A stretch of DNA of 64,000 bases from an uncultured Pseudomonadota bacterium (GTDB taxonomy: Bacteria; Vulcanimicrobiota; Vulcanimicrobiia; Eremiobacterales; Eremiobacteraceae), in NCBI GenBank assembly GCA_963736005.1, contig CAVTNB010000001.1, positions 1,664,001-1,728,000 of the forward strand. Reading direction: 5' to 3'. The notes under the pieces were generated by a model. The model saw nothing but the letters and a program-made list of their open reading frames with translations, was not told the DNA's origin and did not search any database. This document shows positions 28,781 through 37,398 of the stretch, piece by piece. A program made the position numbers and the translations under genes. How positions within the stretch are numbered: the stretch's first letter is position 1; each line of letters starts with the position of its first letter.

Positions 28781-29015
28781 GACGGGGGTCACATATCCAC
28801 CCGTCGGTATTGTTATATAAGGCTCGGGGAGCGACTCGGTTCATTCACGTGAGATGGATCGAGAATGTTTTTCGAGCAGGCGCTTCAGGACCGATGTCTT
28901 GTCGTGGTGGCAGCCACTTTTGACATGACCGTACGCGACGGTTGAATCCTAAAACGCCTGCCCGTGTGGACGGAACGCTGCTCGAGACTTCAGCACTTGA
29001 AGAAGGAGCCTTCTC
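28781..29015 (+). ncRNA. Candidate structured leader RNA (~235 nt)
   Basis: Stems 28781-28805, 28835-28863 and 28928-28942; alternative pairings 28876-82/28955-61 versus 28872-79/28978-85; SD inside hairpin 29001-29014. Confidence 0.45.
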
Positions 29016-29126
29016 ATGCTAGTTCTACTCGGTGGCGTTCTCGCTGTGTTCCACAGCCTTGGTGGTGTGTTGTCCTCGGCTTCCCACTTCTTCCATATTT
29101 TTGGAGACACAGTCGGCTGGTTCTAG
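29016..29126 (+). CDS. 36-aa hydrophobic peptide MLVLLGGVLAVFHSLGGVLSSASHFFHIFGDTVGWF
   Basis: AAGGAG (29003-29008) 7 nt before ATG; TAG overlaps the HD-GYP stop (CTAG); downstream of a strong promoter. Confidence 0.68.
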   Translation: MLVLLGGVLAVFHSLGGVLSSASHFFHIFGDTVGWF

Positions 29127-30421
29127 ACGACAACATCACTCAATAAACTAACCAGTCTCGGATCATAAAGCGTTCCGCTACCTTCGCGAAGTAGCGCGAG
29201 CGCTTTTTCTTTTTCCATTGCTTCTGCCCCATCGTACCCCGTCAGGAACCTAACATAGTCTCTTGCAACAGTTATGATGCGAGAAGCGAGGGGGATGTCT
29301 TCTCCTTTCAAGCCACGCGGATATCCAGCGCCATCGAAGCGCTCGCCGTGAAACTCGATCCAATCCGCGATCTGATTTGGCAGCAATGCGTCTGCCGCAC
29401 GAACCATGAGGCCACCCCAGCGCGCGTAGGCGCGTTTTTGGCTTGCCTCTTTGGGATTCGACGGAGCGCGATTTCGGATTCTGGCGGGGATATGTGATTT
29501 GCCTATTTCGTGGAGCTCCGCAGCCAAACCGAGCAGATCAATATCGCGCTTCGACATGCCGAGACGGCGACCCAACATTTGGGAGATATTCTGGACCTCG
29601 CTCGCAAACTCGAGGTTTTCGGTATCGGTAAAATGCGTGAGGTCGCGAACAAGCCCCTGAGCTTGCGCTTGCGCCCTCTCCAGCTTATGAAGCTGAGTTG
29701 TAATCCCTAGGACGTCCTGAACAACTCTAATTTGTGCAACGACGATGTAAAAAATCGATGTGGTGAGCAGGCCGCCGAACCGATATGTTGCGACCAGCAA
29801 ATAGGCGTAGACAGACGCAATGACTCCAGTTCTGAGCAGTTGCGTCAGAGCAAAAGGTCGACCATTGATCAGGTAGTAGACGTATGCGGTGACATTGCTT
29901 GCTGTTTGCCAGGCCAAACCAACGGCAACAATGCCTAGCAGATCAACAACACTCGTGAGATACTTCGGGGTTATGATCAGAACCTGACCAACGAGATGCC
30001 ATACCCCGAGTAATGCATACGATCCAATAATGGCGCTCGCTGTTTGGCCAAAGGTCGCCGGCGCGAGCATCGACCTCCAGCCACCGCCTTCGTGCAGCAT
30101 CATCCGCAGTCGGACAACTGCCCAAGTGATCACCGCCAAGACGATTGTCCATGACCCGAAGACTACGCCTGAGGCCGAGATGACGGCCGTCATTGGCGCT
30201 ACCATTGAGACTGCAGGGGTCTTGACGGGACGCTCCATCAAGATCAGAAACACCGCGACGATTGCGACCTGAACGATGGTGGTTATTCGGAGATCGAAGT
30301 GTGGCGGGAAGAGATACAAAAGGAGAAGTGAGATTCCAGTAAGACCGTAAGCGTAAAGCTGGGTCGCGATCTCGCGCCAGCTCTCCCGCTGTGACTGTGC
30401 GTGGTCCCCTGCCAAAGCCAC
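29123..30421 (-). CDS. Membrane sensor with a degenerate HD-GYP domain
   Basis: About 7 TM segments, then LHEIGK, FHGERFDGAGYPRGLKGEDIPLASRIITVARDY, GTLYDP. Confidence 0.88.
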   Translation of the reverse strand: MALAGDHAQSQRESWREIATQLYAYGLTGISLLLLYLFPPHFDLRITTIVQVAIVAVFLILMERPVKTPAVSMVAPMTAVISASGVVFGSWTIVLAVITWAVVRLRMMLHEGGGWRSMLAPATFGQTASAIIGSYALLGVWHLVGQVLIITPKYLTSVVDLLGIVAVGLAWQTASNVTAYVYYLINGRPFALTQLLRTGVIASVYAYLLVATYRFGGLLTTSIFYIVVAQIRVVQDVLGITTQLHKLERAQAQAQGLVRDLTHFTDTENLEFASEVQNISQMLGRRLGMSKRDIDLLGLAAELHEIGKSHIPARIRNRAPSNPKEASQKRAYARWGGLMVRAADALLPNQIADWIEFHGERFDGAGYPRGLKGEDIPLASRIITVARDYVRFLTGYDGAEAMEKEKALALLREGSGTLYDPRLVSLLSDVVV

Positions 30422-30606
30422 GAGTTGTTTTACGCCTTTCCCTTGCGGGCGTTGTGTCCCCCAGCACTTCCGGCCAGTACAACGCTTCGCGCTACCGTTC
30501 TCAATGTATCGTCTATGCGACGTTTGTGAGGAAGCGCATATTACGTCACACTATAGGGTCGTGCGCAGCGTCACGCACAGCTGTTCGAAGAGAATGGGCG
30601 CAAGCC

Positions 30607-31512
30607 CTAGTTTATGGGCGCGGCGCGTCGTTGGGAGAACGCGCGAAACGTGAGGAGCGAAACTTGGCGGATGAAGCGCTCGCCCAAGTCGAGATCGGAC
30701 AGATGCGTTGTGAAAACGCATATGACATAGGGCGAGCCGTTGAGCTCGACGATGCCGATGTCGTTGAGGGTATCGTGAAGCGTTCCAGTCTTGTGAGCGA
30801 TCACCAATGACTTTGGAAGCCACGCAGGGATCATCGTATTGTGTCGCTGGCCGGCAAGTATCTCAAGCATCGCATCGCAGGCCTTGGCGTTCACTAGTCG
30901 ATGTTCGGCGATCATGCCCATAAGTCGCATCATGTCATTGGCGCTCGTGCGCAGCGTGCGAACGTCCCCATCGCTATGGATGCTATCCCCGAGCCAGGTC
31001 TGCGTGAGCCCCAGGCCCTGCATGGTCTGGTTCACATGCTGACGGCCTACCAAACGGATCAGCATGTTGGCCGCGGTGTTATCGCTGACGGTGATCATGC
31101 GCCACAAGAGCTCCCAGACCGTATACTTCGAACCCCATGGTGCATCGCATAAAGAGCCATAACCGCAATCGCGATCGCCCTCGCGCAGCGATACCGTGCG
31201 GTAAAAGCCAAACTTGCCCAGTGAAATCTGCCGCATCACCTCAACCATGACCGGCACTTTGATCGTACTGGCGGCCGGTAGATTGACGTTGCCATTGATG
31301 GACATCGTGTAGCCATTGTGGAGGTCGACAACGGAAATCGCAACCTCACCCGGAGCATTGTCGACCAACCGCTCGAGCTTTGGAGCAAGGTCGCCATACG
31401 TATCGACGTCGGCAGAGGCAATCAGGGCTGGTTTCGGAGACGCTGGAGCGATCGATGCGCTTCCAGCGATGACAAGTGCCACGATGACGATGAGAAAGGC
31501 AAAATGACGCAT
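30607..31512 (-). CDS. Class A beta-lactamase-like serine hydrolase
   Basis: Signal peptide, ASTIK (SxxK), SDN, HKTG. Confidence 0.88.
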   Translation of the reverse strand: MRHFAFLIVIVALVIAGSASIAPASPKPALIASADVDTYGDLAPKLERLVDNAPGEVAISVVDLHNGYTMSINGNVNLPAASTIKVPVMVEVMRQISLGKFGFYRTVSLREGDRDCGYGSLCDAPWGSKYTVWELLWRMITVSDNTAANMLIRLVGRQHVNQTMQGLGLTQTWLGDSIHSDGDVRTLRTSANDMMRLMGMIAEHRLVNAKACDAMLEILAGQRHNTMIPAWLPKSLVIAHKTGTLHDTLNDIGIVELNGSPYVICVFTTHLSDLDLGERFIRQVSLLTFRAFSQRRAAPIN

Positions 31513-31569
31513 TTTATAGAGAGCTCTTGCGCTAGTGTATCGGCGACGATAACGAGGGAATTTAGTCCA

Positions 31570-31593
31570 AGCGAACCTAAAGTCCGCTGCTAT
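31570..31593 (-). repeat. REP class C, degenerate
   Basis: agcgaacctaaagtccgctgctat. Confidence 0.6.
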
Positions 31594-31600
31594 ATCGATT

Positions 31601-32518
31601 ATGCAAGTGGTAGAACGCGCACACACTGTGACGATCATCGGTGTGCCACTGGAGTTGGGCGCCAGTCGTCGGGGCGCGCGTCTGGGCCCGCAGGCACTGA
31701 GAACTGCGGGGCTGGCACAGCAGCTGGAATCCCTTGGCTATGCGGTGACGGACTTCGGAGACGTCGCCGTGATAGGCAAGTCCGGCGATGCTTTAGGTGG
31801 GCCAGGTCACCCAAGAAACGTGCGGTCAGTGCATGACGCCAATCGCGAAATCGCTCATGCCGTGGAAACCGCGATACGCGAGCAGTCCTATCCAGCTGTG
31901 ATCGGCGGGGACCACTCGATGGCCGTCGGCGTGATCGCCGGGATCGCGCGGGTCAACGGACCACAAGGCGTCATTTGGGTGGACGCGCACGCTGACCTGA
32001 ACACCACGGAAAGCAGCCCAACCGGTAACATTCACGGGATGTCTATGGCCGCTGCGTTTGGACAGGTGACCGATATTTTTCCGGCGCCCGAGTTTCCGAC
32101 GCCCGCTGCCGATCGACGGCGCACCGTGTTCATCGGCTTGCGCGAACTCGATCCGCAAGAAAAGCGGACCATCATCGAGCACGATATTCTGTGCTTCACG
32201 ATGAGCGACATCGACCGCCTCGGTATGGCAAAGGTGATGGAGCGGGCGATCGAAAGGGCCAGTCAAGGACCGCGCAGCGTGCATATCAGCTTCGACATCG
32301 ATTGCCTTGACCCAACCCTCGCGCCGGGAACTGGTACGCCCGTGCGCGGGGGCATCACCTATCGAGAGGCTCACTTCATCATGGAAGCGCTTTGGCAGAG
32401 TGGCGTGGCTCATTCGCTCGAGCTTTCTGAAGTTAATCCCTTGCTCGACGAACACAACATGACGGCAAAGCTCGCCAACGAACTCATCTGTTCGGCGCTA
32501 GGCAAGAGCATTTTGTAA
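31601..32518 (+). CDS. rocF: Arginase
   Basis: GGDHS, DAHADLN, GNIHGM, SFDIDCLDP, EVNP. Confidence 0.93.
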   Translation: MQVVERAHTVTIIGVPLELGASRRGARLGPQALRTAGLAQQLESLGYAVTDFGDVAVIGKSGDALGGPGHPRNVRSVHDANREIAHAVETAIREQSYPAVIGGDHSMAVGVIAGIARVNGPQGVIWVDAHADLNTTESSPTGNIHGMSMAAAFGQVTDIFPAPEFPTPAADRRRTVFIGLRELDPQEKRTIIEHDILCFTMSDIDRLGMAKVMERAIERASQGPRSVHISFDIDCLDPTLAPGTGTPVRGGITYREAHFIMEALWQSGVAHSLELSEVNPLLDEHNMTAKLANELICSALGKSIL

Positions 32519-32575
32519 AGGCTAAAGGAGCACGAAGACAGCACGCACGCATCGATTGTCTTCATCGCTATCGGA

Positions 32576-33538
32576 TTGGCGGTAGCATTCAACCTTGTCG
32601 CCGGATTCAACGACGGTGGTAATCTGCTTGCGGCGGCCACCGCAGGCCGGACGATCTCGCCAGCCGCGGCCTTTTTCATTATCGTCGCAGGCGCGCTAGT
32701 CGGACCGCTTGTCGCGGGGACCGCGGTCGCCCAGACGATCGGTCACGGCATCGTCAACTATGAGCGGGTGGGCTTTGTGCCCTTGGCGGCCGGCATGCTC
32801 GGCGGGGTGGGGGCCATTTTGCTGGCCTACGCCGCGCGGTTACCGACATCGGCATCGGTCGCGCTCGTCAGCGCCACGATCGGTTCGCTGTGGGTTTTGG
32901 GGAAGCTTCAGGAAATCGCGTGGTCCGGCGTCTCCAAAGTTATCCTCAGCTTGTGTGGTTCCATTGTGATCGGCTTCTTGGCGGGAGCCATCATCTACAC
33001 GATGGCGTGGATCATCTTCTCAAAGGTGAGTTTCAAGACCGGTAACCGACTGATGCAGTTTCAGTATGTCACGGTCTTCTTGCAAGCGATTGGGTATGGT
33101 TCCAATGATGCGGAGAAGATGATGGGGCTCATCGTCGCGGCGACGCTCATTGGAACCACGACCTCTGTTTTTGCCGTTCCCTTTTGGGCGATTGCGGTTT
33201 CCGTCTTCTCGTTCGCGCTTGGCATGGCCATCGGGGGGAGACGGGTCGCGAAAACCATCGGAGGGAAGCTCTTCCGCATCATGCCGCTCCACGCGTTATG
33301 TTTCCAGCTTGCCGCTGCAGCCACGGTGATCACAGCATCGTCGCTAGGAGGTCCGCTCAGCACGACGGAAAGCACCGCCAGCGCAATCATGGGCGTCGGC
33401 GCCGCGACCAACCCTCGCGCGCTCCACTGGCGCATCGCGCGCGAACTCGTGGCTGCTTGGTTCTTGACCGTGCCCGTTGGTCTCGCGAGCGGCGCTGCTG
33501 CAACTTTGATTCTTCGCGCTTTCACCCACGGGAGATAA
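32576..33538 (+). CDS. PiT-family inorganic phosphate transporter (true start probably upstream)
   Basis: GFNDGGN, LPTS-S-AL, GSNDAEK, PLSTT. Confidence 0.88.
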   Translation: MAVAFNLVAGFNDGGNLLAAATAGRTISPAAAFFIIVAGALVGPLVAGTAVAQTIGHGIVNYERVGFVPLAAGMLGGVGAILLAYAARLPTSASVALVSATIGSLWVLGKLQEIAWSGVSKVILSLCGSIVIGFLAGAIIYTMAWIIFSKVSFKTGNRLMQFQYVTVFLQAIGYGSNDAEKMMGLIVAATLIGTTTSVFAVPFWAIAVSVFSFALGMAIGGRRVAKTIGGKLFRIMPLHALCFQLAAAATVITASSLGGPLSTTESTASAIMGVGAATNPRALHWRIARELVAAWFLTVPVGLASGAAATLILRAFTHGR

Positions 33539-33546
33539 CGCAAGCC

Positions 33547-34161
33547 ATGTGGTTATCTGACTTTTTCTTGCCCAGACGAAACGATCGGTTTCTCACCCTA
33601 CTGCGAGATCATGCTGCGATTTTAGTAGACGCGGCTCGCGCATTTGAGGAATACGTCAGCGCCGGAACTCCGCTTCCCGATAAGGTCGACGAATTTGAAA
33701 GTAGCTCGGCGGCGATTCTCAGCCAACTGACGACCTCGTTGCGTGACGCTTTTGTTACGCCTATGGACCGACAGGATATCTACGGTTTAGGCGAGGCGAT
33801 CGACGACATGATCAGGTATATCGATAACGCAGCTCGAGAGATCAAGCTTTTTGCGGTGCAACCGACTCCGCAAATTCAACAGATGGCTCGACTCTTAAAG
33901 GGAGCCGCCGAACAGGTCTCTGAAGCCGTGGGTAGCCTGCCCAACGCTCCCCAAACGGCCTGGAAGTGCGCGCAGGAAGCGCAGAAAGCCGAAAACTTCG
34001 TGGAAGATTGTTACCGCAATGCGCTCGTCGACCTCTTCGATGGGTCGGATGTTCCGCACATCCTGAAACTCCGCGAAGTGTATCGCCATCTGAGCAATAG
34101 CGCCGACCGCGCTCAGTCGATCGGACGATTGATCGGCAAGATCGTGGTCAAAGCGACCTAA
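33547..34161 (+). CDS. DUF47/PhoU-like Pit accessory protein
   Basis: FVTPMDRQDI--L---DD...E---E...LREVY--L--SADR. Confidence 0.88.
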   Translation: MWLSDFFLPRRNDRFLTLLRDHAAILVDAARAFEEYVSAGTPLPDKVDEFESSSAAILSQLTTSLRDAFVTPMDRQDIYGLGEAIDDMIRYIDNAAREIKLFAVQPTPQIQQMARLLKGAAEQVSEAVGSLPNAPQTAWKCAQEAQKAENFVEDCYRNALVDLFDGSDVPHILKLREVYRHLSNSADRAQSIGRLIGKIVVKAT

Positions 34162-34177
34162 AACGTGAGGGGAACGA

Positions 34178-34915
34178 TCAGGCGGGGACCAGGCGCTTGA
34201 GCTCGCCAGTCAGCGTTTCGCCGGGTTTGAGATCGATAATTTGCAATCCGCTGATGTCTTTTGTTAGCTCGCGCAGTTTCTCGGGCGTGCCCGTGAGAAT
34301 CGGGAAGGTCCCGTAATGCATGGGCACGACCACTTTGGTTCCCAACAGCCTGATTGCGTGAGCACCCTGCAGCGGATCCATCGTGTAGTGATCGCCGATC
34401 GGCAACAAAGCAAGGTCAGGCTTAAAGAGCTCGCCGATGAGCTTCATATCTGAGAAGATCATCGTATCGCCGGCATGATAGAGGCGTAAGCCGTTTTCGA
34501 GCGTCACCACGTAGCCGGCAGCTTCGCCGCCGTACAGAATATCGTCACCATCCGCAATGCCGCAACTGTGCACCGCGTGGGTCATCGTGACCTTGACACC
34601 CTCGTGCTCGATCGTGCCGCCTTTGTTGAAGCCGATGATCTTCTTGACCCCTTTTTTCTGCAGCCACGCGACCGTTTCGAAAATGCCGATAGCCGTGGCG
34701 TCGTGCTTCGTCGCCAAACGAAGCGCATCACCGATATGATCGCCGTGCGCGTGGGTGATGAGGAGCGTGTCGACCTTGGCGGGATTCTTCAGCCTCGTTG
34801 GACAGGCGGGATTTTGTTCGAGCCATGGATCGATGATCCAGTGCTTGCCGCTTTGCGTCTTGATGGCAAAAGTCGCGTGCCCGCAGAACGTCAGTTCGTT
34901 GGATCCCAGATTCAT
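34178..34915 (-). CDS. Metallo-beta-lactamase-fold hydrolase (UPF0173)
   Basis: GHA, IDPW, THAHGDH, YHAGDT, PMHYGTF. Confidence 0.9.
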   Translation of the reverse strand: MNLGSNELTFCGHATFAIKTQSGKHWIIDPWLEQNPACPTRLKNPAKVDTLLITHAHGDHIGDALRLATKHDATAIGIFETVAWLQKKGVKKIIGFNKGGTIEHEGVKVTMTHAVHSCGIADGDDILYGGEAAGYVVTLENGLRLYHAGDTMIFSDMKLIGELFKPDLALLPIGDHYTMDPLQGAHAIRLLGTKVVVPMHYGTFPILTGTPEKLRELTKDISGLQIIDLKPGETLTGELKRLVPA

Positions 34916-34965
34916 GAATCCGTCCCTCCAGCGTTGATCGAGTGTGGTCGAATGATTTCGAGCGA

Positions 34966-36117
34966 CTACCTCAGGGCAAGTTCCGCTTCCTCTCGCACCC
35001 ACGCATCGGTCTCAACAGCGAGTAGGTCCTCGAGGGCGCGATGCGCCTCTTGGCCACCGAGTTGGCCCAACGCCCACGCGGCGTGACCTCGAACGAGCGG
35101 CTTGCGGTCACGTAAGGCCGCGACGAGCGGGGGTACCGCTGCTGGGTCGCGCGAGTTGCCCAAAGCCACGGCGGCATTGCGCTGCAGGACTGCCTTACCG
35201 CGCCAAGCCATGGCCGTGGAGCCAAACCAGCGCCGAAATTCCGCCTTGCTCATGAGCAAAACGGACGGTAGGTCCATCGCCGTGCCTATGTGAGATTGCG
35301 GAGCGAATTCGGGATGCGTATGCGCTGCTCTGCGGTCGTTGACGGGGCAGACGGTCTGGCACGTGTCGCACCCCCACAATCTGTTGCCAATGATCTTGCG
35401 ATAGTCGTGCGGGATCGGCCCTTTTGCTTGCGTGAGGTCAGAAATGCAACGCCTGGCATCGATCTCGCCGTTGGGGCCAATGGCTCCCGTCGGACAGTCA
35501 ACGATACACTCGACGCATTGGCCGCAGTTGGTTTGCAAAGGTTCATCCGGCTCGAGTTCGAGTGTGGTGATCAGTTCGGCCAAGAAGACGTACGAGCCGA
35601 ACTGCTTGGTCAGCACGTTGCCGCTCTTGCCGAACCAGCCGATGCCCGCGCGCACGGCAGCGGCGCGATCCATGAGCGGTCCAGTGTCCACACACGCAAG
35701 ACATCGTGATCCTGGAAACTCGCGGGTGATGAAATCGGCGAGTTCTTTCAGCCTCCGGCCGATAACCTTGTGATAGTCTTGGCCCCACGCGTAGTTTGAG
35801 ATCGCGCCTTCGAGCCCAGGTGCTTGCGGATCGTGCGGCGTCACGTCGCTGTAATAGGACGTTGCGGTGCAGACGATGGAGCGTGCATCCCGAAGCGACA
35901 GCGACGGCCTGCAATGTGTTTGGATCGTTCGATCGTCGTAGTGCCATCGTTCCAGGTATTTGCGATCGCGGCGATCCTTGAAGATTCGCTCTTCTTTGAT
36001 GAATGGCTGCGCCGAGGCGATGCCAACCAGATCGAACCCAAGTTCTTTCGCCCGGGCAACGATGCGCGCTTTCGTGTGGGAAGATGGTCGCGAATGAATT
36101 CGCGACACGACAGTCAT
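34966..36117 (-). CDS. queG: Epoxyqueuosine reductase with C-terminal HEAT repeats
   Basis: YAWGQDYH, VDTGP, AGIGWFGK, CGQCVECIVDCPT, GCDTCQTVCP. Confidence 0.93.
   Translation of the reverse strand: MTVVSRIHSRPSSHTKARIVARAKELGFDLVGIASAQPFIKEERIFKDRRDRKYLERWHYDDRTIQTHCRPSLSLRDARSIVCTATSYYSDVTPHDPQAPGLEGAISNYAWGQDYHKVIGRRLKELADFITREFPGSRCLACVDTGPLMDRAAAVRAGIGWFGKSGNVLTKQFGSYVFLAELITTLELEPDEPLQTNCGQCVECIVDCPTGAIGPNGEIDARRCISDLTQAKGPIPHDYRKIIGNRLWGCDTCQTVCPVNDRRAAHTHPEFAPQSHIGTAMDLPSVLLMSKAEFRRWFGSTAMAWRGKAVLQRNAAVALGNSRDPAAVPPLVAALRDRKPLVRGHAAWALGQLGGQEAHRALEDLLAVETDAWVREEAELALR
36087..36111 (-). repeat. REP class A inside the 5' end of queG
   Basis: gtcgcgaatgaattcgcgacacgac. Confidence 0.7.
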
Positions 36118-36866
36118 GTGGTCGTGGGGGTCGGGGGATATTCCAAAACGATCGTGCCATGGACGGGAAGACCATTGAGGGTGGCTGGTGCGAACACAGT
36201 TTTCCGCGCCGCATCGAGCGCCATGGCATCGAGATTCGCGTCCCCGCTCGATTGCAGTATACGCACATTGACAATATTTCCATCAGGGCCAACATCGACT
36301 TCGATTTTAATCGGTTGTGGCGGTGGCGAGGCAAGCGAGAGATCCGCCAATTTGAGCACTCGCACGGGATTATCGTCACCCCAAACCGTTGCTCCGTTCA
36401 CCTCATCGTTATTGCCACCGGTATCGACCTTTGCACCCGCGACCCCAGGCGACGGCGTCGGCTGGACTCCATTTGAAACCGCAGGCGCTTCTTTCGATCC
36501 TGGTTTCGGAAGTTTGGGTCCGACGATGATGAGATTGGACTTGCGCCGCGCGGGCGCGTGAATGGATTTAAGCAAGGCCGCCTGGTTTTGGAAAGCCATT
36601 TCTCGATATTTCAGCGGCGCGATGTGCGTTGACGTTCGCATGACAAGCTTCGGCGATGGCGGCGGTGGGGTGGGTCTTGGTGTAGACTCCTCGCGCACGT
36701 TACGAGAGAGCGAAATAATCGAGATGGCTTGATCGGGCGGTGTCGCGTAGCGCCAAGTTGGGAACAAGGTCGCGACGGTCGAGCCCAAGGTGAAGTGCAA
36801 TGCAGCTGACACGGCAACGAATGCGAGAAACCCGTAGACTGCGACGCGCCGGACTCGGTTGCGCAT
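36114..36866 (-). CDS. TonB C-terminal domain protein
   Basis: TM with SxxxH, Pro-rich linker, V-VGPDG-I--V-I-QSSG---LD--AL-AA----F-PA. Confidence 0.85.
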   Translation of the reverse strand: MRNRVRRVAVYGFLAFVAVSAALHFTLGSTVATLFPTWRYATPPDQAISIISLSRNVREESTPRPTPPPPSPKLVMRTSTHIAPLKYREMAFQNQAALLKSIHAPARRKSNLIIVGPKLPKPGSKEAPAVSNGVQPTPSPGVAGAKVDTGGNNDEVNGATVWGDDNPVRVLKLADLSLASPPPQPIKIEVDVGPDGNIVNVRILQSSGDANLDAMALDAARKTVFAPATLNGLPVHGTIVLEYPPTPTTT

Positions 36867-36904
36867 CTCGCCTCCAAGAGACAACAAAGGTACTAGTATT
36901 TTCG

Positions 36905-37088
36905 GTGGCTGTCAGGGAGAACCTGTGGCCTCTTTGCCCCGCTTGGGTCCACCACGTTCCTGGGGAGGGCGCCAAAGCGAGCAAATCAGAGCCTGCCCCC
37001 ACAATGACAAAACCGGCGGAGCGCTGCCGGCCCGCTGTGGGATGGCAGCTCCGCGCCGTTGCGGAGGGCACAAACTCCCTGGCGCCGC
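36905..37088. ncRNA. Structured RNA, possible 6S RNA
   Basis: Terminal complementarity 36911-36932/37064-37083 plus internal helices; ~184 nt between divergent genes. Confidence 0.45.
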
Positions 37089-37100
37089 AAGCATGTCAGC

Positions 37101-37361
37101 GTGCCTTCAGACGGAAAGCCGCGGATCAAGCTCTACAATGCATCATGGTGTTGGTATTGCCAGCGCGTTCGCGACAAGCTCGACGAGTTGGGATTACCTT
37201 ACGAAGCGATTGAGGTTCCCATCCGGCACAGCGAGCGCACCGAAGTGATTGCGGTTTCCGGTCAACCGAGCGTGCCGGTGCTGGTGGACGGCAGCACCGT
37301 GCTTGACGACGACGACGTCATCATTCCGTATTTGGAAGACAAATATGGCAAGCGGACCTAA
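37101..37361 (+). CDS. Glutaredoxin-like protein
   Basis: IKLY---WCWYC...SGQ-SVPVLVD; start approximate. Confidence 0.85.
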   Translation: MPSDGKPRIKLYNASWCWYCQRVRDKLDELGLPYEAIEVPIRHSERTEVIAVSGQPSVPVLVDGSTVLDDDDVIIPYLEDKYGKRT

Positions 37362-37375
37362 AGGTCCGCTGGTAC
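37351..37375 (-). repeat. REP class C containing the grx stop
   Basis: agcggacctaaaggtccgctggtac. Confidence 0.8.
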
Positions 37376-37398
37376 ATATTTTGTTTTGTTCGCTACCT

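Noticed and set aside
28964..29146. 60-aa ORF from the track
   Set aside because: No SD; the overlapping frame starting at ATG 29016 has AAGGAG at ideal spacing
36905..37088. Cobalamin riboswitch upstream of tonB-queG
   Set aside because: Context is attractive, but the GGGAA-x-GGTG-AA-TCC core and a properly ordered B12 box are not evident
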